Assembly: GCA_037444125.1 (NCBI GenBank)
Contig: JBBINA010000001.1
Coordinates: forward strand, 13,961 to 77,960
Length of the DNA: 64,000 bases
Direction of reading: 5' to 3'
From: a bacterium
GTDB lineage: Bacteria; Patescibacteriota; Minisyncoccia; JBBINA01
The notes below the pieces were generated by a model that was given only the letters and a program-made list of their open reading frames with translations, ran no database searches and was not told the DNA's origin. The stretch's first letter is position 1. Each line of letters begins with the position of its first letter. Both the position numbers and the translations under genes were made by a program. Below are positions 41,807 through 50,923 of this stretch, piece by piece.

Positions 41807-42229
41807 GTGAAAGCAATGGCGCGATATCGACAGAAGTTTACGCCTGAGTGTGTTGACAGTTGGTGGGAGGCCCTTGATGATTATCCGGAGACTATGCGGT
41901 TTCTGTGGGCTGTTATTAATCATTATAATTGCGGCGATATAGAAGATGCAGTTGATACATTTAAAAGAAATTTTGGTTTAAAACACTTTAGCCACAATGA
42001 TTTTGAGTTTTTGATGAGCGGTAGGTTGCCAGCACATATTGATACGCGGCTTAATCTTGATACCATTCCTAGCAACAGATGGAATCCCGAACGAGAGGCA
42101 ATGCACGAGTTTATAGCCGAAAAATTGTGTGAAGTTCTGTCAGAAACTTTTCGGTCGCCTTGCAGCGAGAAAGAACGAGAGCGCTGGAAGGTTCTTAGAA
42201 GACTTTGGATAGCGTTTTTAAAGTTATAG
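41807..42229 (+). CDS. hypothetical protein
   Basis: AAGAGGTG SD before ATG 41816; TTGACA promoter upstream. Confidence 0.6.
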   Translation: MKAMARYRQKFTPECVDSWWEALDDYPETMRFLWAVINHYNCGDIEDAVDTFKRNFGLKHFSHNDFEFLMSGRLPAHIDTRLNLDTIPSNRWNPEREAMHEFIAEKLCEVLSETFRSPCSEKERERWKVLRRLWIAFLKL

Positions 42230-42267
42230 AAATGGTCGTAGGAATGAAACCTTAAAGGAGGTTTCAA

Positions 42268-42762
42268 ATGGCAAAAATTGTTCTTGTAATTGGGATGATA
42301 TGTGGTTTTCTTGCGATTATATTTTTTTGGCAAGGCGGAGTTTTTGAACAGGATCGAGAACTTCGATTTAACTTTAACTTGCCGACAAATTTTGAGGTTT
42401 TCGAGCCAACTTCTGTGAGGTCGCATACTATGACTGATATACCTTTGGAAGAAGAGGCATTTTGGGAAAAATCTCAAAATAAATTAGTATTCGTTATTTA
42501 CCAACCGCGGTGTAGCAAGGATGATTTATGGTTTTTGGAATATGCGTTTTACGAGGGAAGCGTCCGGTTTTACACAAGAAAAGAAATTGTTTTAAGTTCT
42601 ATTTGGTGTCAGAATTTTGGATTTGTGCCAAAATTAGATAAAGGTGTTTTGATTTTTAGCCAAGAGCGGGTTGAATATTTTGTTTATTTCCTCGGGGTGG
42701 TTTTCTTGGTTGTTTTCGTAGTATTTGCTTCGATAGTGTTACTGGTACCATTGTTGGGCTAG
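42268..42762 (+). CDS. hypothetical membrane protein
   Basis: AAGGAGGT SD; N- and C-terminal hydrophobic helices; terminator follows. Confidence 0.65.
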   Translation: MAKIVLVIGMICGFLAIIFFWQGGVFEQDRELRFNFNLPTNFEVFEPTSVRSHTMTDIPLEEEAFWEKSQNKLVFVIYQPRCSKDDLWFLEYAFYEGSVRFYTRKEIVLSSIWCQNFGFVPKLDKGVLIFSQERVEYFVYFLGVVFLVVFVVFASIVLLVPLLG

Positions 42763-42832
42763 TTGTCTAGTGGCCTGTCCGCAGTTGATTTTGTGGACAG
42801 GCCTTTTTAATATTTTAAAAACCAGATTAAAA

Positions 42833-43749
42833 TCAATCGGCGAAAATAGCTAAAACTAGCGGCACGGCGATTAGCGAAAAAATCGTTGAAGTAAGTATAG
42901 CCATACTTACTGCTTTTGTGTCAAGATTAAATCTTTGTGCTATGACGAATGTGGTTACTGCTGTTGGCATAGAGGATAAAAGCAGAGGAATCCTAATATC
43001 CGGAGTTCTAAAGACAAATAGGGCAATTAAGACTGTTATAAAGGGAAATAAAAGCATTTTGGTTATACTTATTATTAAGATTAAACTCATATTTTTTGTT
43101 TGAAATTTGCCGTATAAAAACTACCCAACAAAAAAAGGGCTAGTGGCGAGGCGGTTTGGCCGAGCATATTAAGGGTTTTTTGGAAGGCTTGTTCTAATTG
43201 AGTATCTGTTTTGACGAAACTTAAGACGGCGCCAATTGCAATCGAAATAACCAGCGGATTCTTGGCAAATTCAAATACTTCGTTTTGAATATTATTTTGA
43301 TGTTTATCGTGCCAGTAGTAAATGACAAATATTGAAGTCAAAATTGGAATTACCAAATAAAGATTGCCGATAATAGCGGCTGTGGGTAGGTGATTTTTCC
43401 CGAATCCAAATTCAACCAGCGGAAAGCCCATATAGATTGTATTGCCGGTAATGGCAGCAAGAAATAGGGCAGATTTGAGACTGTTTTTAATTTTAGCAAT
43501 TGATAGGACAAAAAAAACAATAAGTGAAAAAACAAAAAGCGTTATTAAGCCAAAAACAAAATGCCGATGAAGATTTGTGTCGGTTAGGTTAAGGTTCCAT
43601 AAGCTGACTATTACTAGTGCTGGAAGCGAAACATAATAGGCAAAAATATTTAAAATATGGACCCAGGAGTTGTCGGCAAGTTTAAGTTTTCGAAAGAGCC
43701 AGCCGGCGAAAATTATAAGAAATAGAGGCAGAGAAATAAAAAATGGCAT
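42833..43749 (-). pseudogene. AEC (auxin efflux carrier/malate permease) family transporter, frameshifted
   Basis: YYVSLPAL, GNTIYMGFPL, KNPL, SMPTAV; one T missing at 43116-43120 joins the two ORFs (GSFLYGKF). Confidence 0.8.
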
Positions 43750-43853
43750 AATTAATGGAAATTAGAGGGAATGGTTAATCATTATACCGAAAGGATTAAA
43801 AATTAAAAGCAGAAAGTTGATTTTTTAAATTTTGGGTGTTTATAATTTAAATT

Positions 43854-44411
43854 ATGAAGAGAATATATTTTGGGGTTATAGCCGTAACTATTTTAATCAG
43901 CTTGGCAGCTGTTTTAAATATTAATCGAAAGTTTTCCCAAACAGATTTAATTTCTAAAAATAATAATATGAAAATTTCAAGCCCGGTTTTTTTAAATAGC
44001 GAAACCATACCGGCAAAATATACTTGCGATGGCGAAAATGTTAATCCTCCTCTCCTAATTGAAGGAGCGCCGCTTGAAGCTAAAAGTCTAGTTTTAATTG
44101 TTGATGATCCGGATGCGCCTATGGGGACTTGGACCCATTGGACTGTTTGGAATATAAATCCAGACACGAGAGAAATTTCAGAAAACAGCGTTCCTCCGGG
44201 CGCAGTTCAGGGAAAAACAAGTTTTGGAAAACCAGGTTATGGCGGACCATGCCCGCCTTCGGGAACACATCGTTATTTTTTTAGAGTATACGCTCTAGAT
44301 AAATTGTTAGATTTGAGTTCAACGGCTACTATTAATGATATTAAAAGAGCCATGCAAAATCATATATTAGATAGTGGCGAATTTTTTGGCATCTACTCGC
44401 GCAAAAAATAA
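43854..44411 (+). CDS. YbhB/YbcL (PEBP/Raf kinase inhibitor-like) protein
   Basis: YTCDG, DDPDAP..TWTHW, YGGPCPPSGTHRYFF. Confidence 0.92.
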   Translation: MKRIYFGVIAVTILISLAAVLNINRKFSQTDLISKNNNMKISSPVFLNSETIPAKYTCDGENVNPPLLIEGAPLEAKSLVLIVDDPDAPMGTWTHWTVWNINPDTREISENSVPPGAVQGKTSFGKPGYGGPCPPSGTHRYFFRVYALDKLLDLSSTATINDIKRAMQNHILDSGEFFGIYSRKK

Positions 44412-44482
44412 AAAAATTGATATATATTTTACAACCTGCTATAATGATAAAAATAGGATTTAATACCTAAATAAAAAAATAT

Positions 44483-46258
44483 ATGAAGCGTTTATTTGGA
44501 ATATTAAGCACAGTGCTTTTATTAATTGCAGTCGCAAAAGTGGTTTTTGCTGGTAATGATCTCCAACCAGTTGAGTTTGCGACTGGACGTATTATTCTAA
44601 AGTTCAAAAATAATGTTGGCCTAGGTGAGCAAATATCTTTATTCAAAAAACTTGGCTTAGAAAAAATCGACATTTTTAAAAAATTGGACTATCAGCTTAT
44701 GAAAGTAAAGCCCGGCAGTGAACAGAATTTAATTGCGCAATTGAGAGATAATCCTTTAGTTGATAAAGTTGAGCTTGACGGAGTTGTTAGAGTATTTATG
44801 ACAACAAATGATCCTTTAATTTCGCAGCAGTGGGGTCTTTTTAAAGCCAAATTTGCTGATCCAGGTACAAGTGCCTGGGATATTAATAAAGGTAGTACAT
44901 CTATTAAAATTGCTATTTTAGATACAGGGATAGATCAAAATCATGAAGATTTAGTGAGCAAGATTGTGGTAAATAAGAATTTTACCACCAGTTCAACTGT
45001 TGATGATTTATATGGTCATGGCACTCATGTGGCGGGTATTGCCGCGGCAGTAATTAATAATAATATTGGCGTGGCCGGTTCTGGTTATAATTCAGTACTA
45101 ATGAATGTTAAGGTATTGGATGATCGTGGCTCTGGTTATTACTCATGGGTGGCTAATGGTATTATCTGGGCTGTTGATAATGGCGCTAAGGTGATTAATA
45201 TGAGTTTGGGCGGTTCAATGGCTTCGTCAATTTTGGAGGATGCTATTAATTATGCCTGGAGTAAGGGTGCGGTAGTAGTGGCAGCAGCGGGTAATGATGG
45301 TTCTGATGCTCCCAGTTACCCAGCTTATTATACTAATGCGATTGCCGTTGCCGCTACAGATAGTAGTGATTTGAAAACTAGTTGGTCAAATTATGGTAGT
45401 TGGGTTGATGTGGCTGCGCCAGGTTCTTCGATTTATTCAACTTTACCTAATCATAGCAATCGAATTGGCAAAAGAAACTATGGCTCACTTTCAGGTACTT
45501 CTATGGCTGCGCCTTATGTGGCAGGCTTGGCTGGATTAGTTTGGGCGAGTGGTTTATGTTCGAATAATACTTGCGTAAGGAATCAAATAGAATCGACCAG
45601 TGATTCAGTTCCTGGTACTGGATTATATTGGACCTATGGTCGTATTAATGCACTTAATGCTTTAGGTGGAGTTAGTCTGCCTCAGCATTATGCCCTTGAA
45701 GTATTCAAAAATGGCAATGGCAATGGTAGTGTTATAAGCGAACCCTTAGGTATTGATTGTGGCGGTGATTGCGTGGAAGAATATTTGGGAGTAACAGTTG
45801 TCAGCTTGACCGCCATAGCTGATAGCGATTCAGTTTTTGTTGGATGGTCTGGTGATTGTACAGGTACAGAAAATGTATGTGTTTTGGTTTTAGATTCAAA
45901 TAGCCAAGTTAAAGCTACATTCAACAACATAAATTCGCCAAGTCCAACGAGTATGGTTGTGCAGTCAGTTGACTATGTTAAATACGGTGGTCGTCAAAAT
46001 AACCGGAATATAGATATCATCATTTCTGTGGTAGATAATTTAGGTGGCCCGTTAGAAGGTGCAGCTCTTTCAATACTTTTAACCAATACTACTTGGGGCA
46101 TTAGTTGGAGCGGTAAAGGTACAACGAATAGTAATGGGAAGGTAACTTTTACCTTAAAAAACGCGTTTTCGGGTTGTTATGTTGTAACCGTGACTGAATT
46201 AGTTAAATCTGGTTTATCATGGGATAACATTACGCCACCTAACGGTGTTTGCAAGTAA
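44483..46258 (+). CDS. secreted S8 subtilisin/thermitase-like serine protease with C-terminal InlB-B-repeat-like and Ig-like domains
   Basis: ILDTG, HGTHVAG, AAAGN, SGTSMAAP; F.GWSGDC repeat. Confidence 0.93.
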   Translation: MKRLFGILSTVLLLIAVAKVVFAGNDLQPVEFATGRIILKFKNNVGLGEQISLFKKLGLEKIDIFKKLDYQLMKVKPGSEQNLIAQLRDNPLVDKVELDGVVRVFMTTNDPLISQQWGLFKAKFADPGTSAWDINKGSTSIKIAILDTGIDQNHEDLVSKIVVNKNFTTSSTVDDLYGHGTHVAGIAAAVINNNIGVAGSGYNSVLMNVKVLDDRGSGYYSWVANGIIWAVDNGAKVINMSLGGSMASSILEDAINYAWSKGAVVVAAAGNDGSDAPSYPAYYTNAIAVAATDSSDLKTSWSNYGSWVDVAAPGSSIYSTLPNHSNRIGKRNYGSLSGTSMAAPYVAGLAGLVWASGLCSNNTCVRNQIESTSDSVPGTGLYWTYGRINALNALGGVSLPQHYALEVFKNGNGNGSVISEPLGIDCGGDCVEEYLGVTVVSLTAIADSDSVFVGWSGDCTGTENVCVLVLDSNSQVKATFNNINSPSPTSMVVQSVDYVKYGGRQNNRNIDIIISVVDNLGGPLEGAALSILLTNTTWGISWSGKGTTNSNGKVTFTLKNAFSGCYVVTVTELVKSGLSWDNITPPNGVCK

Positions 46259-46307
46259 AAATTTTCCAAGATTGCTTTAAACAGGTATTTATTATATTAT
46301 TGTTTTT

Positions 46308-46697
46308 ATGAAGATTTTATTTACTGTCTTATTGTCAATTATTTATCTCTTGTTTGCAATTTTTGGTTTAGCTATACAAAGTTTCGATAATACACATCAT
46401 CTAGCAGGGAGGTGTTTGTCTGTAATTATTAATGGCTATGGTTGTCCTAACCCAACTGATGATTATGGTTCGGCTAATTTCCATATTAAGGCTTTTAAGA
46501 CATTTTCAATGGGTTTCGTGGATGATTGGGGCTTTGAAAATGTAAAGTTGGCTTTTTTTATCATATTAGTTTTTGTGTTTTTAGTAAGCGCTAGTAGATT
46601 TTTTCAAAAATTTGTTTCCACGGCATTATTTATCTATAATTTAACTTTCCTATCCTGGTTATCTTTATTTCGGCTTAGTCCAACTTTAAAGCATTGA
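46308..46697 (+). CDS. hypothetical membrane protein with His/Cys residues
   Basis: two or three TM segments, HH..C...C; first gene of a metal/redox-like cluster. Confidence 0.55.
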   Translation: MKILFTVLLSIIYLLFAIFGLAIQSFDNTHHLAGRCLSVIINGYGCPNPTDDYGSANFHIKAFKTFSMGFVDDWGFENVKLAFFIILVFVFLVSASRFFQKFVSTALFIYNLTFLSWLSLFRLSPTLKH

Positions 46698-46779
46698 TCA
46701 GGGAAACCTAGTTGTTAGGTTGTCTTCTGGTCAATAAAGACCTTTTTAGAAAGGTTTTTTTAACTTTTGAGCTAATTTT

Positions 46780-47280
46780 ATGAATAAACTAAAAAATGTA
46801 GGATTGTATATAGCCTGTATCGGATTGCTTATTACGTTTTTATTGTGGTTGGGCAAGCCAGGCGAATCAGTTGATTCGGGGCAAGTAAATAAAAATCCCA
46901 CCGAGGTATTCCAAACAAATGAGCGAGAATTTGATTTTGGCACAATTTCTATGGCTAAAGGTAAGGTTAGGCACACTTTTGTATTAACGAATAAGACTGC
47001 CAGCGATATTATCCTTAAGAAAATATATACTTCTTGTATGTGTACTACAGCTTTTTATGTAAGTAATCGTAAGCGATATGGACCTTTTGGTATGCCTGGC
47101 CATGGTTTGACTCCAAGCATTAATGAGCAAATTGAATCAGGTCAATCTTTTAATCTTGAAGTGGAGTTTGATCCAGCGGCTCATGGCTCGGCTGGAATTG
47201 GAGCTGTTAAGAGAATAGTTTATCTTGAAACAGTGGCAGGAAGGCAAGAGATAGTGGTTCGGGCCATAGTTACACCTTAG
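46780..47280 (+). CDS. DUF1573 domain protein
   Basis: FDFGTI, TSCMCT, FDPAAHG. Confidence 0.8.
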   Translation: MNKLKNVGLYIACIGLLITFLLWLGKPGESVDSGQVNKNPTEVFQTNEREFDFGTISMAKGKVRHTFVLTNKTASDIILKKIYTSCMCTTAFYVSNRKRYGPFGMPGHGLTPSINEQIESGQSFNLEVEFDPAAHGSAGIGAVKRIVYLETVAGRQEIVVRAIVTP

Positions 47281-47335
47281 TTATGAGTAATGTTTTATAT
47301 TTTATGCGTTCCATTTTAAAATTTAACCTGTATTT

Positions 47336-48214
47336 ATGAAAGATAAATTTCTAATCATAAGATTGATTTTAGCCGCGGTAGTTATTGTTACCGTTAGTAT
47401 AGCGGTGAAAAATTCAATTCTTAAATCAAGTAAAGTGAATACCAGTGATACTTTATCTTTAGAGCAACAGGATAAGGTTTTGCCTTTAGAGGGCGTTGTT
47501 TTGCCAATTTCTTGGCGCGATCTTGGGAAGAAATTAGTAGATAGCGGCACTATTGATTTGGAAAAATTCCAGGCGCTTTATAAAACAAGCGGAGAACAAG
47601 AGGAATTAATTAAAAAACTTCTTACTCAATCATTTGATGAAGCTTTAGTGATGACTCAAAACAATTCGGGCGTCTTGCTGAATATACTCTGGGCTTTTGG
47701 TTTAGCGAATAAAAATAGAATTCTTGAAGAGGGGCCAATTATGGATTCTAAATACGGCGGTGCCGGCAGGTTTGCTTCTACGGGCGGTTGGACTTTAGCC
47801 AAAGGTAACCCAATGAATCATTATTCTAAACATAGGTTTATAGTTTTGACCGAACAACAACAAGAGTTAGTTGAGAGAGTTTCAAAAAATATTTATCGAC
47901 CGTGCTGTAGCAATGCAACGTATTTCCCAGATTGTAATCATGGTATGGCAATGTTGGGACTGCTTGAGTTAATGGCGGCAAATAATGTTGCTGAAGACAA
48001 AATCTATCAAATAGCTTTAAAAGTTAATTCTTATTGGTTTCCTTCGACTTATTTAACTCTTAGTAAATATTTCGAAAGTAAAGGAATTGCTTGGGATAAT
48101 ATTGATCCTAAAGAAGTGCTTGGTTATAATTTCTCAAGTGCTGCAGGTTATCAGCGTGTGTTGGCCGAGATTGAACCGGTTAGAGAACAGGGTGGAGGAA
48201 GTTGTGGGGTTTAA
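47336..48214 (+). CDS. membrane-anchored Cys-rich hypothetical protein
   Basis: N-terminal TM; RPCC...FPDCNHGMA; C-terminal GGGSCGV. Confidence 0.75.
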   Translation: MKDKFLIIRLILAAVVIVTVSIAVKNSILKSSKVNTSDTLSLEQQDKVLPLEGVVLPISWRDLGKKLVDSGTIDLEKFQALYKTSGEQEELIKKLLTQSFDEALVMTQNNSGVLLNILWAFGLANKNRILEEGPIMDSKYGGAGRFASTGGWTLAKGNPMNHYSKHRFIVLTEQQQELVERVSKNIYRPCCSNATYFPDCNHGMAMLGLLELMAANNVAEDKIYQIALKVNSYWFPSTYLTLSKYFESKGIAWDNIDPKEVLGYNFSSAAGYQRVLAEIEPVREQGGGSCGV

Positions 48215-48257
48215 ACATTCATTGTAATCTTAAATATTTTTAACTATAATTAAACTT

Positions 48258-49055
48258 ATGAGCATCGATAAATTTAAAATAAGGACTGGCTTTATAGTTG
48301 GTCTAGGAATTATTTTTATTCTTTTTTTTCTTGTTCTTAAATATAATAATTCGACAACTCAAACTTTATGGAACTTGAGTCAAGGAGGTAAATGGTTATT
48401 GCCTTTGGTTTTAACTTCAGCAGTTATTGATAGTGTTAATCCTTGTGCTATTTCAGTATTATTGTTAACTGTTGCCTTTCTTTTTAGCATTGGTAGGTTA
48501 AGAGCCAATATTTTGCGTGTGGGTAGTTCCTATATTTTGGGGTTATTAATTGTTTATGTATTGATTGGTTTAGGGATTTTGCAGGCGCTTCATTTTTTTA
48601 ACACACCCAACTTTATGGCTAAACTGGGGGCGATGTTGCTTATTGTTTTAGGTGTGATTAACTTAATTAATCACTATATACCTAGTTTCCCTATCAAACT
48701 TAAAATTCCAGTAGCTTCTCATAAGACAATGGGTATTTTGATGGAAAAAGCGTCGATTCCAACCGCTTTTTTGTTGGGCGGTTTAGTTGGATTATGCGAA
48801 TTTCCCTGCACCGGCGGACCTTATCTTATGGTTTTGGGTTTACTACATGATAAAGTGACTTATTACAAAGGTCTTGTTTATCTTATAATCTATAATTTGA
48901 TTTTTATTACGCCGTTAGTCATTATTCTGCTGCTAGCAAGCGATAAGATAGTGCTTGATAAATTGGCTCAATGGAAAAAAGAAAAAACAGGTATGCTTAA
49001 GTTAATCAGCGGTATTGCGATGATTTTTTTAGGGATTTTGATTTTTCTCATTTAA
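48258..49055 (+). CDS. CcdA/DsbD-like transmembrane electron-transfer protein
   Basis: DSVNPCA and EFPCTGGPY membrane Cys pair. Confidence 0.8.
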   Translation: MSIDKFKIRTGFIVGLGIIFILFFLVLKYNNSTTQTLWNLSQGGKWLLPLVLTSAVIDSVNPCAISVLLLTVAFLFSIGRLRANILRVGSSYILGLLIVYVLIGLGILQALHFFNTPNFMAKLGAMLLIVLGVINLINHYIPSFPIKLKIPVASHKTMGILMEKASIPTAFLLGGLVGLCEFPCTGGPYLMVLGLLHDKVTYYKGLVYLIIYNLIFITPLVIILLLASDKIVLDKLAQWKKEKTGMLKLISGIAMIFLGILIFLI

Positions 49056-49101
49056 CCATTTACTTGAAGATTGTTAACTAATTAATAAATAAGCAAATTT
49101 T

Positions 49102-49608
49102 ATGAACGATAATAATCAAAAATTTAATGAGCTTTTAAAAAAAATTGATCAACTGAAAAAAACTGGCGAAATTGATTTGTCTATGGAGGAAGATTTAAGT
49201 GTGGCAGTGATGAATCTTATTAGTTTAGAGGAGCACTTCTTTTTTACAGGTTCAAAAACTGGCAAAACCGAATATTATGATTTTCTCAACGAAACGAGGC
49301 AAATTAGGAAGGATTTACTTGGTCGATTGATTGATAAAAAAAAGCATGAGGGCGAGACTTGGTGTATTAGTAAACACTTATTAGCGACAACGATGCGTCT
49401 GATGGAAGTTGGAACAAAATATCAGCAGGATGGCAAAAAAGACGAAGCCAAAAAAATATTTGCTTATGCTTATAAAATATATACTTTATTTTGGGGTTTA
49501 AGATTGCAACTAATTGATGTTTCAGGTATTAAAAAAGTTGCTCAAGAGGAAAAACCATGGAGTCTGGAAGATATTGTTAACAAGTTAGTGGATTGTTGTG
49601 ACGAATAA
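49102..49608 (+). CDS. hypothetical helical protein
   Basis: NLISLEEH, WCISKHLL, C-terminal DCCDE. Confidence 0.7.
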   Translation: MNDNNQKFNELLKKIDQLKKTGEIDLSMEEDLSVAVMNLISLEEHFFFTGSKTGKTEYYDFLNETRQIRKDLLGRLIDKKKHEGETWCISKHLLATTMRLMEVGTKYQQDGKKDEAKKIFAYAYKIYTLFWGLRLQLIDVSGIKKVAQEEKPWSLEDIVNKLVDCCDE

Positions 49609-49664
49609 ATAAAAAATATAAAGTTAATTGGTAGTTAAAAACATGAATTGAAATTAGACGAATT

Positions 49665-50921
49665 ATGATTAAGAATATTGAAAAATTAGGCGTTTCCGAA
49701 GAAAGAAAGAAGCTTTTAGAGATTCTTGATTATGGTCTTGAATGCACGCGACCGAAGGAAGCTGTGAAAAGATCTTTAAGTTTGCAAGGAGATTATCTTT
49801 TTATACAGGGAGTGAATTTCGATTTGACAAAATTCAAAAGTATTTGTGTTATTGGGATCGGCAAATCGTCTGGTCAAGCCTGCGAAGCACTAGAGGAAAT
49901 ATTGGGTGAAAAGTTATCTTTTGGTTACTGTATTGATGTTGTGCCAGCTAGCCTAAGAACAATAGCTTTAACTATCGGTGAACATAAGACTCTTGTTAAA
50001 AGGAATTTTTCTTTTTCCAATGCTGTGGTTTCGTCTTTGAGAAATTTAGAGAAAGATGATTTGGTTATTGCAATTATTTCGGGCGGAGGATCGGCTTTGT
50101 TTAGTTATCCTTACGACAGCGAACATATTGTAGGGCGGTTTTTGTTTGAAAAGTTAACCCAACAAGGTGCTAAAATTCAAGAAATTAATACAGTCCGCAA
50201 ACATTTGTCATTAGTTAAGGGAGGCGGTTTAGCAAAAATTGTTTATCCAGCCACACTGATTGGGCTTATTTTTTCCGATGTGCCGGGCGATGATATAAGT
50301 TTTGTTGCTTCTGGACCGACAGTTAAGGACCAAACTACTGTTAAGGATGCTATGGCTATATTAGATAAATATAATATTAATGAGAAAATTGAATTTATTG
50401 AAACGCCAAAAGATGATAAATATTTTGAAAGAGTTTTTAATTTTTTAGTTTGTTCAAATGGAATTACTTTAACAGCAATGAAGAAAAAGGCAGAAGATTT
50501 AGGGTTGAAGGCGCGCATATGGAGGCGAGATTTTGAAGCTGATGCGGATTTAGCCGCAAAGATTTTATTAGATGAAACTGAACCAGGCGAGCTACTTTTG
50601 GCTGGAGGCGAAACTACAGTTAGAATAAGAGGTGGTGGTGTTGGCGGACGAAACCAACAGTTGGTCTTGTCAGCCCTTAAAGTTATAAAAGTTGGAGAGA
50701 TTGTTATTTCCTGTGCTTCCGACGGTTATGATAATAGCGATGCTGCCGGGGCAATTGCGGATTATATTACTTTAGAGAAAGCAAATCAACTCAATTTGGA
50801 TATTCAGTCATATATTTCAAATAATGACTCTTTTAATTTTTTTTCTAAAACAGGCGATCAAATTATAAGCGGTCTCACCGGTATAAATATTTCTGATCTT
50901 TTTTTAATTTATAAAAAATAA
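49665..50921 (+). CDS. glycerate 2-kinase (DUF4147/MOFRL family)
   Basis: ISGGGSAL, NTVRKHLS.VKGG, SDVPGD, GGETTV, GGRNQ, TGINISD. Confidence 0.88.
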   Translation: MIKNIEKLGVSEERKKLLEILDYGLECTRPKEAVKRSLSLQGDYLFIQGVNFDLTKFKSICVIGIGKSSGQACEALEEILGEKLSFGYCIDVVPASLRTIALTIGEHKTLVKRNFSFSNAVVSSLRNLEKDDLVIAIISGGGSALFSYPYDSEHIVGRFLFEKLTQQGAKIQEINTVRKHLSLVKGGGLAKIVYPATLIGLIFSDVPGDDISFVASGPTVKDQTTVKDAMAILDKYNINEKIEFIETPKDDKYFERVFNFLVCSNGITLTAMKKKAEDLGLKARIWRRDFEADADLAAKILLDETEPGELLLAGGETTVRIRGGGVGGRNQQLVLSALKVIKVGEIVISCASDGYDNSDAAGAIADYITLEKANQLNLDIQSYISNNDSFNFFSKTGDQIISGLTGINISDLFLIYKK

Positions 50922-50923
50922 TT

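Noticed and set aside
42258-42267. Perfect match to the B3 right segment GAGGTTTCAA at the SD of ORF 42268
   Set aside because: The partner segment does not match nearby and single 10-mer hits are expected by chance
41923-42477. 184-aa minus-strand ORF and other antisense or nested ORFs in the track
   Set aside because: Shadow frames of better supported genes with SD or motif evidence
33971-42800. Prophage or integrative element at tRNA-Gln
   Set aside because: No integrase, phage structural genes or duplicated tRNA 3' end seen
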